A DNA stretch of 64,000 bases from Eledone cirrhosa (GCA_964016885.1 CAXHJY010001391.1:1-64000), one strand, 5' to 3'. Shown: positions 30,174 through 44,939, counted from the first letter of the stretch. Program-made: numbers and translations. Notes: generated from the sequence alone by a model not told the origin.

Positions 30174-30761
30174 GTGAGTCTATATTTATTATTTATTGAT
30201 ATATCAATGCATTTTTGTATCCTAAAGAAAAGTGTTCATTACAATTATCAGAGAATATCGATTATTTGTTTTTATATATCGGTGTACTTGTACATTTTGT
30301 TTTTGGTTTACGTCTATCGGGACTCAAAACCTATTTCTGAAAATATGTTAACGATATTTAGGGTAGAAGAGAATCGTTGAGAAGAACAATTATTATTACC
30401 ATAAAATATCCCTCTTATAGATTATTCACTCTCGGATGAACAATCGTTTATATCCCACTGTATTTAATGTGTAAGTGAATTCATATGAAAATTTTAATTT
30501 TTTCATTCACTACAATTTAAAATTGATTAACACGAAGTAATTGTGTTACACGCCTAATTAAACGGTCAAACATCACAGACCCCTCTTTTATTATTTCATC
30601 ATTCTAATATTTAATGGAACAAACAACAGTGGTATCATTGACTGCCTTCGATTTATAATATATATATATATATATATACACACCAGGATTTTTTCATTCT
30701 GATGTATGAAAGCAAATTTGTTTGCTTTCAAGAAACCACTGTTGTTTATTACATAAATAAA

Positions 30762-30807
<46 letters not shown>

Positions 30808-30909
30808 TAGATCCTCTACTTTCACTAATATACCCACTCTGCATCGTACCATATATCGAGTACTTCTTTGATTTGTGGTCCCAGTACCGCAGACTATCAA
30901 TATATATAT

Positions 30910-32185
30910 ATGCAGGCGACTTTAAATGGGCATGTCAAGCAACTCTGCGATGGATTCGTGGTTATGAGTTAGGTGCTAGAAATGAGGAAAGTTTCAGGCT
31001 CCTGGAATTCTGCGACGCTAATGAGCTATATATATGTAACACGAACTTCAAAAAAAAGTAGACAACCACTTAATCACCTATAGATCAGGTGAGCACGCCA
31101 ACCAGATAGATTTATCCTTACGGGACAGTGACAGTTGTAAACACAAAGTCCCTGCCTGGTGAAGAATGCACCTCCCAACATAATCTAGTAGTTAGGGTTA
31201 GAAGAACTTGGTGACAGAGGACAGCCCGGAGGAGAAGAATATTGAAATTAAAGGACACATCAGCCAGTAATAAATTTAGAGGTATGTTGCGTGATGATGC
31301 TTACGGCAGTAAGACATGATATAGAGGAGCAGTGGGAGTTCCTGAAAGATAACCTACTGAATGTGACAAACGAAATCTGTGGTTGGAGTAGGTCTTTAGG
31401 TAGGAGAGTGACTTGGTGGAATAGTAAGGTAAATGAAACAATTAAGGCCAAAAGACAGGCATGGAAAGAATGGCAAAATGGGGGAAGTAGAGAAGTCTAC
31501 TAGAATGCTAAGAGAGAAGCTAGATGACAAGTATACTTTGCAAGAACAAAATCAGAAAATAAAAAATTTAAGAATGTTTTGCTGTGTGAGGACCAAAACC
31601 AGCGGTGTTCAGGATTGCAAGGCAGTGTGTCAGGAAAACTTGTGATGTTGATGGGGAGAAGTGTGTCCAAGATGATAATGTCATGCTTGCCCTCACTGAT
31701 GCTGAAAAGAAAGTAGCATAGAAGCGCCACTATGAAAGATTACTGAATGAGGAGAATGCATGGGAAGAAGGTAGTTTACCCCAAGTTGATCCAAAAGAGG
31801 GACCAGCTGTGCAAGTCGGCAGTAGTATAATAAGTAAGGATATGAAGACAGGCAAGGCAGCTGGACCTTTGGGGATAGTTACCAAGATGTTGAAAGCATC
31901 AGGAATGGTGAGTTACCCGATAGTCACCCATATTGTGAACCAAGTAATAGAAAATAGTGCCATACCCAATGAGTAGTGTAGCAGCATCATTGGTAACTGC
32001 TACAAGGGCAAAGTAGATGCTATAGCCAGAGAAAACTATAACGGCATTAAGTTGGTTCACCTGGTCATGAAGGTCACAGAAAGAGTTATAGCTCAGCTGA
32101 TTAGGGATTGAAATACAGTTTGAATTTGTGCCAGGTAAAAGTACCAAAGATGCCTTCTTCCTTGAGAGGGAACTGCAGGAGAAGT
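30910..32185 (+). mobile_element. Degraded RTE LINE, APE-to-RT part (TIMM10B intron 1)
   Basis: AGDF, RLLEFCDANEL.ICNTNFKK and TWWNSKV motifs, with many stops. Confidence 0.8.
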
Positions 32186-35100
32186 CTTCTTCGGCCACTT
32201 AATCCTGAGAGGGTTGTGGGGGCAGAGTCCTCAAACAGTGGGTCCTGTCAGAAGCAACCATCTCCAGCTGATCCGGTTGGATCCTCAAACGTAACCTGCC
32301 AATCTCATGGATGTTATCCAACCATCTTGCTCAGAGTCTGCCCCTCAGGTCTCCTGCCGGTTGGTTTTTGCCTGTACATTCTGTCCAGCGATTCTTTCCT
32401 GAGACATTCTAATCACATGCCCATAGTATTGGAGCTATGATCTCTCAATTCGGAGAAGTAGCGGCTCTACTTGTAGTGATTCTCTGGTCCCCGAGCTACA
32501 CACTCTATCAAGAAACGTTACTACAAAGACCCTTCAGAGGAACCCCATTTTGGTCACTTGTATTCGCGATCGTATTCTTTCAGTCATTACCCAAAATTAA
32601 TGACCATAGGTAAGGGTTGGCACAAATACCGAATTGAAGATAAGTGAGTTTGGCTTTTACATCTACATTCTTCTGATTACTGAATGTTGAAGCTGGCACA
32701 TTACTGCACCAGCTCTTACAATTTTTGCACTTAATTCAGCTTCCTGCCTTCCATCACTCATGAACAGAGCCATGAAATACTTGAACTTTTCTACCTGCTT
32801 CAGTGGACCTCCTTTATATGTAAAGTGAACTGCACAGGCTTCCTTAAGAGGATGAGCGTCTCAGTTTTTGCAGCCATGCAGCACTCGGCTTCAAACCCAT
32901 CGAGTGCAAGTCAGAGATCCCCTTCTGTTTAGTTAAATAACACTATGTCATCTGCAAATTCAAGCCAACTGATTTTATACCTACCAGTCATGATACCATT
33001 TCCAACCTGGCTGTGCATGTTAATCCTCTTCATGTAAATAATGAACAGAAATAGTGACAGTATGCACCTTTGACCCAATCCAACTCTGAACACAAATACT
33101 TGGGTATTCATATAGAGACATCAGGGCAGCAAGGAGATGACCATCGATCCCATACTCCTGCACAACCTTCCACAGCAGGTCTCGGGGAATGCGGCCATAG
33201 GCCTTTTCACGGTCGACGAAACAAGAATATACCTCTTGGTAATACTCCCACAATTTCTCAAAGACCTGGTTGGCTGTGCTGCGTCCAGGGCGAAAACCAC
33301 ACTGTTCATCAGTTAGCTTGGACTCAACAATCTCCCTGCCAGACACTTTAGCATAGACTTTACCGGATAGGCTTAACAAGGAGATCTCTCTGTAATTGGA
33401 ACAATCTTTCTTGTCTCGCTTTTTGAATATTGTAATTATCACTCCTGATTGCTATTGCTTAGGTGCCTTTCCCGAGATCTAGGCCACCCAGCACCCACGA
33501 GTCAACCATAGAATATCTATTTAAGGCTTTTAACATCTCAGGTTGGATTTCATCTTCCCCAGCAGCCTTGCCACATATAAGCTCTTTAACTGCTCTTGTG
33601 ACCTCAGCCTCTGAGTGACTGCTTGCGAGGATGCACCTCTTTGAAGAGAAAACCCCCAGACGTGGTTCTGATAGCAGGTGTGGAGGAAGACTTTATTACG
33701 AAGTCAGCAGATGGTTTGCCAGAATACTTTATTTGCTGATCTAAAGTTGGATTCCAGCTTAACCCCAAAATTCTCCAATTTCTTATCTTTGGATGCCTTT
33801 ACTGACCCTGCTGCAATTCTTTGTGCCTGCTTGTACCACAAATGCAAGGAGGAGGACGTATTTCCGAGCCAAGTTTTGTAGACCTCCCTCTTTGCTCACA
33901 TGACATCTCTGAACCTTTGATTGAACCAAGGGATCCTCTGGCCATCCAGCACCACACCAAGCTTCTTTCACCCATAGCATTTAACAGTAGAAGCAGAAAC
34001 TGCTAAGCTAAACAATCTCCACTCTGTCTCAATGTCCTCAGTTTGCTTAAGGAGTTCTCTGAATTTGGATGCAATAGTATTTGTATACCTGGTCCTAAGT
34101 CCTTTATCCACCAATGCTTCCCACTTTATCCTGTAGATTGCTCTGAACCTGCCAGCTTTGTGGGCTTCTTTGGCTTTAGATAGTCTCAAGTTGCAGATAA
34201 CTAGATGGTAATCAGTTGACAGCTCAACCCCTCTTAACATGAACATCCAGCACAAAATCAAAGATATCAGAAACAATAACAAAATCAATTATGATCTCTG
34301 TCCCTGATTCCTTTTATACCATGTATGTTGATAAATGTCTCTGTGCTGGAAGTGTCTGTTCATAATAAAGAGTCCATTACTAGAACAGAAGTCTAGTAAG
34401 GCCTCTCTATGGATGTCTCTGTGCTGGAAGAAGGTGTTCATAATAGTGAGTCCATTAGTAGAACAAAGTCTAATAAGGCCTCTCCATTTGTATTTAGATC
34501 AGGGTCATCGTTCCTTCCAATCACTTCTTTCCATGTCAGGTCATCAGTGCCAATATGTGCATTCAAGTCTCCCATTAGGATAAATGACTCAATCTTAACT
34601 ACACCTAATGCTGCAGTGACTTCATCAAGCAAGGACCTGTATTCGGACTCCTTGTTTGGTGCATAAACTTGCACCACCCACAGAGACCTATCTTTCAGCC
34701 AAAGCTTCAAAAAGCAAATCCTCTTTCCTAATGGGATCCACTCTATAATATTCTGACAACTGGGGGCTTGTGAGTATCCCTACTCCTGCCTGTGCAGTCA
34801 TTTCTGGTGCCACACCTGAATAGTGAAGTTTCCATCCTCTATCCAAATCTACCGTATCAGAGCCACAGAACTTTGTTGAGGAAACCCGCACTATATCCAG
34901 CTGGTAGCATCTTGCCTCCTCCTTACCTGTAAGGGTTGTGATGTTCCAGGTTCCAATTGTAGGGTTTCAGGATATGCAATCTTTGTGAGTCCATCCCATG
35001 TTAGGTCGCAGGCCCATCACCAGTTTTTGTGGCATGAAATGGAGACTGTAATATATTTTTCAAACAGGTTTCCCCCTACATAAGGCCTGAACATCTCTCT

Positions 35101-35415
35101 TGTTAATCCACATGAAGAACGATGTGGTAGGTTCTTTTTTGTTCCTCTCATCATATTGCACTTGCAGTTTCAGTACTTTGTCAAACCTTCAAAGGCTAGG
35201 CTTGTCATAGCTCCGTCACTGGGTTGTGAGTTTTTTCTTGGGAGCTACAGGTGTCATGCATTGTTCCATCTCCCCTAATAGTTTACTGGTTGGTCTAGGG
35301 TTGCTTATTCATCTGGCAGTTGCCCACTTATATCACAACTAACCATCATATCTGGAGGCTGTATTGCTATCTGTCACCTGCAACCCATTCTCAAGCAAAA
35401 CAGCTCTGCCAAGAA
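32186..35415 (-). mobile_element. Near full-length degraded RTE LINE (family B)
   Basis: VQVYAPN, MGDLNAHIG, STDYHLV, IFKK.DKKDCSNYR, QCGFRPGRS, FADD; the 5' end matches 55120-55260. Confidence 0.9.
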
Positions 35416-36823
35416 TTGCATGGAGTGTTATCAACGAAATAACTGGAAGAAAGAAATCCAACCAAGTTAAGATAAAAGCTGAGAGCCCAGAGGAAAGAGT
35501 AAAATTGTGGAAGGAACATTTTGCGTAGTTATTTGGACAACCTCCCTTGATAGTTGAAGGAGATATTGACAAGGTATTTAACCTACTGCCTATTGATGTT
35601 GATGATTTTATAATGCAGAAGTTGAAAGATGCAATCAAGTCGACACAAAACAACAAAGTTACAGAATGGGATAATATACCACCAGAAGTATGGAAACTAT
35701 GCATGAACAAAGAGCTGCTTGAAATCTGCCAAAAAACATTCAAAGATGTAACAGAAATATGGAGAAAAGGAGGAATAGTGCCTCTACCCAAGAAGGATGA
35801 CCTGGGATATACAGCTAATTACAGATGAATAACTTTGTCAGTAGTTGCAGCTAAAATCTACAACAGAATGCTACAAAATAAGACCACATCTAGATACAAA
35901 ACTCAAAATGGTTTCAGACAGAATAGATTGACTGTCTCATAAATATTGACACTGGGAAGGCTACTAGAAGGCGTCAGATCAAAGAACCTGAAAGCTGTAC
36001 TAACTTTCATTGACTTCAAAAAGGCTTTTGACTCCATCTATAGAGGAAAGCTTATGTCAATCCTAGTCGCATATGTGCGATAAATGTTACGGAAGCTCAA
36101 GTTCTCTCTCCTGATGGTGATACCGAGTTTTTTTAGATACTAGCAGGTGTCCTTCAAGGTGACACATTGGCACCATATCTTTTCATAATCGCTCAGGACT
36201 ATGCTGAGAGTAGCCATTGTTAATGAACAAGATTTCAGCTTTACATTGACTCAAAGGAGAAGTAAGTGAAACCCACCAACTGCTATATGTGATACAGATT
36301 TTGCTGATGACATAGCTCTTCTATCAAATACCATTGATCAGGTACATGAATTTCTTCGTAAAGTTTAATTCTGTCAGGAAAATTGTTCTACATATAAATG
36401 TCACCAAGACAGAGTACATGTAACTAAACAAAGAAGATGGAAATATTGTCACACTGGATGGCGGAATACTAAATTGAGTTGATGATTTTCTAGATTTGGG
36501 CAACTGGATGAGTTCATCAAAAAAGGACATTGATATTTGAATTTACAAAGTCTGGGCTGCAATGAACAAAATGAAAAGTATAAGGAAGTTAGATACAATT
36601 TGCAGGACAAGGCTGGAGGTAAGCAGGAGGTTATACACAATCTACTATTGTGGGAACCAACTCACAAGAAATACAGTAGAGGAAGACCTGCTCGAACCTT
36701 CATTGATCAACTCTCAGATGACACAAACCTCAATAGGGAGCAGTTGCCAGGAGAAATGTAAAATCATAAATTGTGGAGAGATTTTGTGAAGAAGGTTCAA
36801 CTGTGGTTGCAATGATGATGATG
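35416..36823 (+). mobile_element. Degraded RTE-type LINE (family C)
   Basis: IVPLPKK..NYR, DFKKAFDSI, GVLQGDTLAPYLF, FADD and GRPARTF motifs; (TGA)n tail. Confidence 0.8.
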
Positions 36824-37364
36824 AATAAGTCTTAAATTTATAACATCACCAGCTTTTTAACATTGTTAATATGTATAAGGCATGAAGTGATAGAAATAGT
36901 ATATTGCTAAGTTAAATGCCTTATAGTATTTCATTACATTCATGTCAAGTTTGCCTTTTATTCTTCATTGATTGATATTAAATATATACACCAATTCCTC
37001 CTCTTCTCAAGTATCTGGTTCCAAAATTGGAAATCATTATTTTTATCCCCTTCAGTTATGTTGCTTTCTTCAAAGTTGGTAAGAACAATTGAGTCCTTTG
37101 GGATAAGAAAACTCAACCAAATAATTTTTCATTATGAAGAAATAACTTTTTTTTTTACTCTTTCTCATCTTTCTTGCTTAATCGATTATACATTCTCTCA
37201 TTCATAGTTTCAAATATATATATATTTACAAGTTGAATATACCATATTTGTTATCCACTGTTCTTGTAATAGGTTATTTGTGAGTCACTTTTATTGCAAT
37301 TGAATTTTTTCATAATTTACATAAACTTTTAAATGTATTTAAATATTCATTATATATTTTAAAG

Positions 37365-37460
37365 GTAAAGGATTTCTTGTTACTGTATAACAAACTCACC
37401 GAGCAATGCTTTCAGAATTGTGTGTCAATGTTTTTTGAGAATAAAATCGAACATTTTGAG
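37365..37460 (+). CDS. TIMM10B: TIMM10B exon 2, VKDFLLLYNKLTEQCFQNCVSMFFENKIEHFE
   Basis: Acceptor ttttaaag and donor GAG|gtaag, 96 nt. The DFLxxYNxLTExCFxxC signature of the Tim9/Tim10B family gives the first CX3C. Confidence 0.9.
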
Positions 37461-38366
37461 GTAAGAACATTTGATCAAATGAATATTATTATTACTTCAT
37501 TTATAATTTCCTCACAGCTATTAAAAATTTAACATATTCTCATGATGACCTAAATAAAGCAAGCTGGTAGAACATCTAAGATCCATTTTGTTTCAAATTT
37601 TCTTTGGTGTCTATCTCATCCTTATCTTTTGCCAGTTTCCCATTATCTTTCTCAGTATATACTTTCATGTATTGTGCATTGCCATATTCGCAAATCCCTT
37701 TCTTTGGCATTGTCCTTGAAATCTTCATAGACAGTACTGAGGAATGGGATTTTTTTTTTTTTTTTTTTTTTTGATTTTTTTTATTTAGTAATATAACTTC
37801 CTTATTAAGTTGGTGTTTGGAACATAACTTAAAAAAATGTTCTTACATAAAATTATGATGTAAAGTTATTTGATAAATATAAACACTTTAAAATATCAGA
37901 TTCAATGAATGCAGCCATTTGTTACCCAGCAGCTATTTCACTAAGAATGCAGCATTTGTAATTTCAAACTATAGAATATCTTACTTGGTATTGGTTCCCA
38001 TTACCACTTTACTAACCTTAGATCTCTATAGTTTCACTTTTGATGAAATTGCTTTGTTGATTCATGTAATTAATTTATAATCAAGATAAATTGTTTAAAC
38101 ATCTATAACTTTGAATACAAGCATGTTATTATTGCAACCCAGCAAGAATCTATTAATGGAATTAGCTGTCAGGAATGTGTTATTTATGCAAATCAGCCTA
38201 TCTGATTTAATAAAGTTACTCAGTCACAAAGATATTCTAAATAAAGTCAAGGTGTTTACATTTTTATTATATTCAATGTAGGTTAATAAACTCTCTTAAT
38301 CTATTCTGTAGTAGAGTATATAATTGAAATAAAAAACACTGTTAATGCAGTTTTTATTCTTTGTAG

Positions 38367-38540
38367 GCTAGCTGCTTAGAAGCATGCACTGACCGCTATG
38401 TTGCATTTAACCAACGCCTAATGAAAGTTTTTATGGAGCACCAGAAATCAAGGCAAGATCAGAATGGTGGTGCACTGTCTCCAATCACAGCAGGAATAAG
38501 TCAAAATCCTTCACAAACCCAGCCTACTACGGAATCTTGA
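38367..38540 (+). CDS. TIMM10B: TIMM10B exon 3 (terminal), ASCLEACTDRYVAFNQRLMKVFMEHQ...PTTES*
   Basis: Acceptor ttctttgtag. Second CX3C lies 15 aa after the first, with an NxRLM motif and TGA at 38538-38540. Total 103 aa. Confidence 0.9.
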   Translation, partial: ASCLEACTDRYVAFNQRLMKVFMEHQKSRQDQNGGALSPITAGISQNPSQTQPTTES

Positions 38541-38829
38541 CATGCATTTTCCATGAAATGATACATATGTATAAAATTCTTTCATTTATTAGTATAAATT
38601 CTCATTTATTTCAAATATTGTCTTGTTTTTTCTGTGTAAAGTTGCATCTGAAACATCTTCAACCTAGCAAAAAAGAATATCTTATATTGAATGAGGTGAT
38701 AGTTTTCTCGAGAGCTAAAGGTGTCACCCCTAGTAGCTTACCATTGTTAGTCCAGTGTTGCTTATTCGTCCAACAGGTGCCTGCTTATATCACAACTAGC
38801 CCTCCTTATTAAACCTCTTCACTTAAGTC

Positions 38830-39840
38830 TATGCTAGATGTAGGGAGATTGTTGAGTCCAAGTTAACTGATGAATAGTGTGGTTTTTGATCCAGTTGCAG
38901 CACAGCTAATTAAATATTCAAACTGCAGATCTTTGAGAAATCATAAGAGTACTGCCAAGAGGTATATGTTTGCTTCATAGATCTCGAAAAGGCATACAAT
39001 CATGTTCCACAGGACCTACTGTGGACGGTTCTGCAGAAATATGGGATTGATGGACAGCTTCTTGTTGCCTTGATGTCTCTATACAAATACCATAGTATTT
39101 GTGTTCAAATAAATGGTGCTAAATCAAAACCATTCAATGTCAGAGTTGGATTCGGCCAAAAGTGCATACTGTCATCTCTCCTGCTCATAATCTTCATGAA
39201 CTGGATTAACATGCACAGCTGGGTTGGAAGGATTTACAGATGGCATGTTATTACTTAACTCATCAGCTGGAATGAAGGTCATCCCAGATATGCACTTGAT
39301 AGGTTTCACGCCATGTGCTACACGACTGGAATGAAAATTAGTGCTGTGAAGACTGAGACGCTCGTTCTCTCAAGGAAAGGAAACCTGCACAGTGCACTCT
39401 ACATGCGAGTGGAGACGTTCATGGGTGTCATGGAAGGCAGGGGGGGGGGGGGGGGGGGCTGAATTAATTGCAGGAATGTGCCAGCTTCAGCAATCAGAAG
39501 AAAGGAGGTAGGTGTAAAGGTCAAACTCACTATCTTCAATTCAGTATTCATGCCAACCCTATGGTCATGAATCTTGGGTAATGACTGAAAGAATTTGATC
39601 ACAACTACAAGCAGCCAAAATGGGGTTCCTCTGAAGGGTTTTTGGAGTATTGTTACCCAATAGTGTGTAGTTCAGAGAAGTGCTACAGGTAAAGCCACTA
39701 CTTCTCCAAATTGTGAGATCACAGCTCCAATACTATGGGTATGTGGTTAGAATGTCTCAGGAAAGAATTGTTGGATAAATTTTATGAGCAAAACCAACTG
39801 GCAGGAGACCCAAGAATAGACCTTAAACAAGCTGATTGGA
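38830..39840 (+). mobile_element. Degraded RTE family B, RT-3' fragment
   Basis: Homologous to 32300-33330 (DLEKAY, LSSLLLIIFM). Confidence 0.8.
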
Positions 39841-42211
39841 TAAGAAGATTGTACACTTCTGTAAAAAAAACCACCAAAATAACATGGTTTCCGAGCAGGC
39901 AACTTCTTGAGAAATTAAAAGTAAATAGTGATCTAGTTTTACTGATAACATTGTAAATGCTTTCAATACTAGGTGTTTAGATAAGATAGTATATAAAGTC
40001 ATTTGTAATTAATTAAACATTATGTATAAAATAATTTGGGGCATAAATCTTAATGGTGAAAAATAAATTCAATTTGAACTGAGATGGAAACTAAATAATT
40101 TAGAGATACTACCTATATGAAAAACAATAGTTTAAGTTAGAAATAGTTATAGAATGAGGAAAAATAAATTGTTGCTTTTTCATTCCTATGCCAAACCTTG
40201 TATAATTTTGTACATTTTCTTAAGTGATTCTTCCATCACTACTTTGGCAATTATATCGAAGGCAGCACTGATGAGGCCAAAATAAAACCGAAATATATCC
40301 ATTTGTCTCTAGTACTTACCATGAAAATGAAAATATTAGCCATTGACTAATACAATTTTTACCCCTCAACAAATGTTTCAAGGCCATTTTCTCTACTAAA
40401 GCAAAGGTTAGCCTTGTTGGCCCTATGGTTATATTTTTGGCAATACTTTATGGCTCGATGCCATTCCTGACACCAACCCTTTTAGTCATCTTTAATATCA
40501 GTGTACTGATTTAAACTTTTCTCCATTGAAGTATGAAAAAGCAAACATTCTTCAAATTATCACGAGTTACAGTTTAAGACCTGTTAGAGATAAATCTAAA
40601 AATCAATGATTTAAGTGCTTAACAGATCTATGTTGCTACATATAACAAATTGGCCAAATCATTAGTGGATCAAATACCTTACAGTATTTGCTCTAGCTCT
40701 CTGAATTCAAATCCCACCGAATTCAACTTTCCTTTCCTTTCAGTGGATTGGTGGAATAGTTAGAGTATCTGTTCTGCCTCTGTATATTCTGAGTTCAAAT
40801 TTTACCTCCTGTCAATGGGAAAATGGTGATACAACCATTAAAACACTCAAGAAACCTACCATAATATGCAACCTTATGGAAAGCTGGTTAAATCTATGCA
40901 GCAGAGATATATTACCTTAACTAAATAAGAAAAAAAAAAGATAAAACTATTCATATTTATGGAGCACTGACCAGTAATTTGTGCTAAGTGAAATTAGACC
41001 TTATTCATATCCTGTTAACCCTTTTGTTACCATATTTCAAATGAAAGACACTGCTTATGATTTTCATTTAATTTTTTTTATATAATAAAAAAAACTGGAG
41101 GGCGTCAGTAATATAACTAACTTTCTCATTATTGAGATGTTTAGAACATAACCTAAGAAATGTTTCATTAAAAAGTTATAAGAGGTTTAAATTTAAACAT
41201 GACTTGAAAACAAGTTTTTATCATAGAACCAAAAGTTATTCCATGTGTATTGGTATCAAAAAGGTTCAAAAGATCTGTTACAAATTCTTCTTGCTTCCTT
41301 TATTTTTTCCTGGCGAATGGAAAACATGAACAGAAGGCATCCCATCCAATGCTTTAACACCAGTACACCACATGAATAGGTGCTGTGTTTATCAACCTCC
41401 AAAAAGATAAGAGGCAAAGTTTATCTTGATGGCACAGAGTGCTGGAACAAATACAACAAAGCATTTAATCCAATGCTAATTTACCACCTATATACTCAAT
41501 GGAAACCTGATTACAAAATAAATTAAAAAACAACTTATGTAATTTATTCTTCATTACACTTGCATGAAATAAATAAAATACTGTTTATTTATGACATAAC
41601 ATAACAATATTATACAATCTAGTCTATAGTCAGTGTTAAACAACAATCTCACTAGTATGTTGCCTAGTAGGACATTTATTCACAGACATATACTAATCTT
41701 AAGAACAAAAAAAGAGATATAACAATATTTAGAATATTTACCATGAAAAATATGGTATCAGTTCAAAAACCATTTTGTAAAACACTGACTTCAAAATCTA
41801 TTTGCAAAGCTAAAACAATTAAATACTTAATGAATTTTTTATTTTTTTTATTTTTTGAAGAATATTATTTTTCTATTCCCCCTCCTCTCAAAATTAAATT
41901 CAATTTTCTGTTCATTTCTATATTTTTGTGATATTTTTATAGATTACTCTTTTTTTTCTTTTTTTTTTTTTTATTCCATTTTAAAATTAATTGGCAACAT
42001 TAACACGGCTTTTGAACTTCTAAACTCAAATAAATATATTCAGATAAGGCTTTATAAATCACAGTGTATGGAATTGAATAAATGTGGAGTCAACAAAGAG
42101 AAAAAAAACTGTATTATTAATATTCTTCAATAGAAATTTTAAGAACAAAATCTTTATTAATATTTTTTTTTACTTTTTAAATGTCTAATTGAGACTCTTA
42201 TCTAGAAACCC

Positions 42212-42466
42212 TCATCTTTTCTTGGAAGATGATTTGGATTTTATAGGTTTTTTGCCATCTGAAAATAAAGATGTAAAAAACTCAGACATGTCTGGCAAAC
42301 TCTGTTTAGCGTTAAGTGCGTTCATTTGAGTTTGGACCTCTCTTTGAGTGTCAGGATCGGCAGCATTCATCATCTTTGGCAGAACCATAATAATAAGTAG
42401 TGGTAAAACCATAGTCAAAACCATTGGGTTAAACAGGAAGTCTGTCATACGCCACTGTTCTCGCAT
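42212..42466 (-). CDS. EMC7: EMC7 exon 3 (TM segment and basic tail), [24 protein letters not shown]...KSSSKKR*
   Basis: Acceptor ttttgttag. DFLxNPMVxxMVLPLL, DPD and LPDxSE motifs of EMC7; TGA ends at 42212. Confidence 0.93.
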   Translation of the reverse strand: MREQWRMTDFLFNPMVLTMVLPLLIIMVLPKMMNAADPDTQREVQTQMNALNAKQSLPDMSEFFTSLFSDGKKPIKSKSSSKKR

Positions 42467-43458
42467 CTAACAAAAAGAAGAAAATATTCCAAACATTAAG
42501 ACAAGAGATAAAGTCATCATCATTATTATTTATTTTGACAAGACTAATTTTGTAGTGGGAAACGGTATATAGTCAATTAAATCATTTGTACTTATTTTAT
42601 TGACCCAAGTTGAATGAAGATGGATCGAACTAGCTAGAATGAGATATGCATAGAAGTTGCAGGAACTGAGTAGCATGCTAATAAGGAGGAGAATGTTGCT
42701 GAAAGGTGTATGCTGCACATGTGAAAAGTGCCATGATTTATAGGAGCAAGATATAAGCGAAGAACATAGAGCAGAGAAGGCTGTTAAGAACAGAAGTGAG
42801 AATGGTTTAGTGGACGGGCAGAATATTACTCAGAGAGAGAAAGACAAACAATGAATTTCATAGGTGAAAGCTATGAATTTCATTTCATTTCAGTAAGGGA
42901 GGAGTTGTATACACTGAAATACCAAGCATGTTGATTTCAGAAAAGAGTAAAGTAAGATAAATGTCTTCACTACAGAAAGAAGACAATCAAATACCTGATA
43001 ATAATTGGAGGAATTTAGAGAGAAATATAACCTCAGGAACATCTAATGCTTTAGGAATGAGTTTGATATACAGAAATGTTAAGGAAACCTATCATATAAT
43101 ATATACTAGTGGATAATGGCAATAGTGTTGAATGTATTTAATTTTTGAAGTCCAAGATTGGTATGTCATATACACAAAGATTATTTATATATATATATAC
43201 ATATACATATTATGAGCAAGACACAGTCACCCGATCCAACTTGCCTCAAATAGAACATCCCGTCTAACCCATGCTGGTGTGGAAAATGGACATTAAATGT
43301 TGATGATGATATATATATGGCAGTAGCACTAAGACAGTGTTAAGCATAACAGGAGTATATATGAAAGCATATACTATATGTTTATATATACTCAATTGGT
43401 ACTGAAATGGAAATAGAATTTCTGGTTGATGTTTTCTATTTGGTACATGCAAATGAGC

Positions 43459-43772
43459 ATCATCATCATCATCATCATTTTACGTCCACTTTTCCCTGCT
43501 TGCAAGGATGGGACGGGAACTGATTCTGGCTTGATTTCTACAGCTGGATGCCCTTCCTAACACCAACCTCATTTACAGTGAGTGCTGGGTGGTTTTTGTC
43601 ATGGCACCTACTTTGCAGTGGAATGATAGGGACTGGGGTCCCTATCATCTCATTTCTACAGCTGAGTAAACTGGAGCAATGTGAAATAAAGTGTCTTGCT
43701 CAAGGAAACAACACATCACCCGGTCTGAGAATTGAACTCACAACCTTTCGATTGCAAGGCTCTAACCACTAA
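43459..43772 (-). mobile_element. tRNA-derived SINE (family S2) with RTE-like tail
   Basis: Near-identical to 60392-60735; B-box GAGTTCAATTC and (GAT)n tail. Confidence 0.85.
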
Positions 43773-44004
43773 GCATCATCATGCAAAATCTATATAGGTT
43801 CTAGTCTATTTCCATGTAGCTACTGGTTGAGTGAATGTCACAGATGAGAGATTAATGAATTTCAAAACAGCTCTGTCTGATATTCTTGACTGCTAGTGAC
43901 ATTCTGTGAGGCGTTCACAGAGAAAAAGACAAGAATAATTGTTTTCGTAACAAAAAATATTTATTCTTTGATAGTGAGGTTCCCATATGTTTATTGTATA
44001 TAAA

Positions 44005-44577
44005 TCACGTGATGCGCATGAAAGACGACAGCTGTATAAAAAAGTGCAGGGCAATAAAAATAGACGGTAGCCACGGAGTAGGCAGACCCAGAAAAACCTG
44101 GGACAACTTGATAAGTTCCGACCACACACACTTACACCTCTCCAAGACAATGTCACTGGACCGAGAGCTTTGGCACTACACAGTAATAGAGAAGACTCGC
44201 CTTACCTAAGTACAAAGTGAAACCTACTACAGTCAGTAGGCACCTCTAACAAAATACACCCCCCGTCCCACTACCCCTTTCAATGTAAAGTTATGTTGGT
44301 ACCACAACATCCAGCCCGAAACAAATGAGGTCGTGTAGGTGTCACGACAAAAAAAACACACAGTCCACGCTGTAATGTGGCCGTGTAGGTAACACGGTAA
44401 AAACCTCCCAGTTTCACACTGTAAATCTGGTTGGTGTTGGAAGGGCATCCAGCTGTAGAAAACCCGCCAGACAGTCCTATGCGAGCAAGACAACCACTCT
44501 TGCCTCAAGTGGGAAAACCCCCGTCCAAACCCATGCAAGCGTGGAATATGGACGTTAAACGATGATGATGATGATGA
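44005..44577 (+). mobile_element. RTE family A 3' fragment (EMC7 intron 2)
   Basis: [16 protein letters not shown], plus 3'UTR and (GAT)n. Confidence 0.9.
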
Positions 44578-44939
44578 AACATATAGCATATGCTTTCATA
44601 TACAACCCTATATGACGAAGGACCGTGATGGGTGGAGAGATGCTGTGCTGAATAGGACCCGTCCAACCCTTGCAAGCAGGGAAAAGCGGACGTAAAATGA
44701 TGATGATGATATACAGAGGAATTTGTAGTTTACTTGAAGCATTGTGTATGGTATATAAAATTCGAAGTTTGAAAGTGTCTGCAGACACTGGATTAATCCC
44801 CTTTATTTTCCTCAGAAGAGATTTTAATCCCGAAATATCAAGACATAAATAAATTAAGGTAAAACACATAACATCTTATTTCACTCTTAATCCATTCATT
44901 TCACATTGTCGAGGCTTTCAAACTTCAAATTTTATATAT

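Noticed and set aside
30151-30180. CCGATGA plus hairpin resembling a degenerate ribozyme
   Set aside because: Better explained as TIMM10B exon 1 and its splice donor; there is no GAAA.
40261-40310. Possible fifth hammerhead (CTGATGAGGCC...CCGAAATATATC)
   Set aside because: Stem II has only 2 bp, the stem III loop is too short and stem I pairs poorly; at best a decayed relic.
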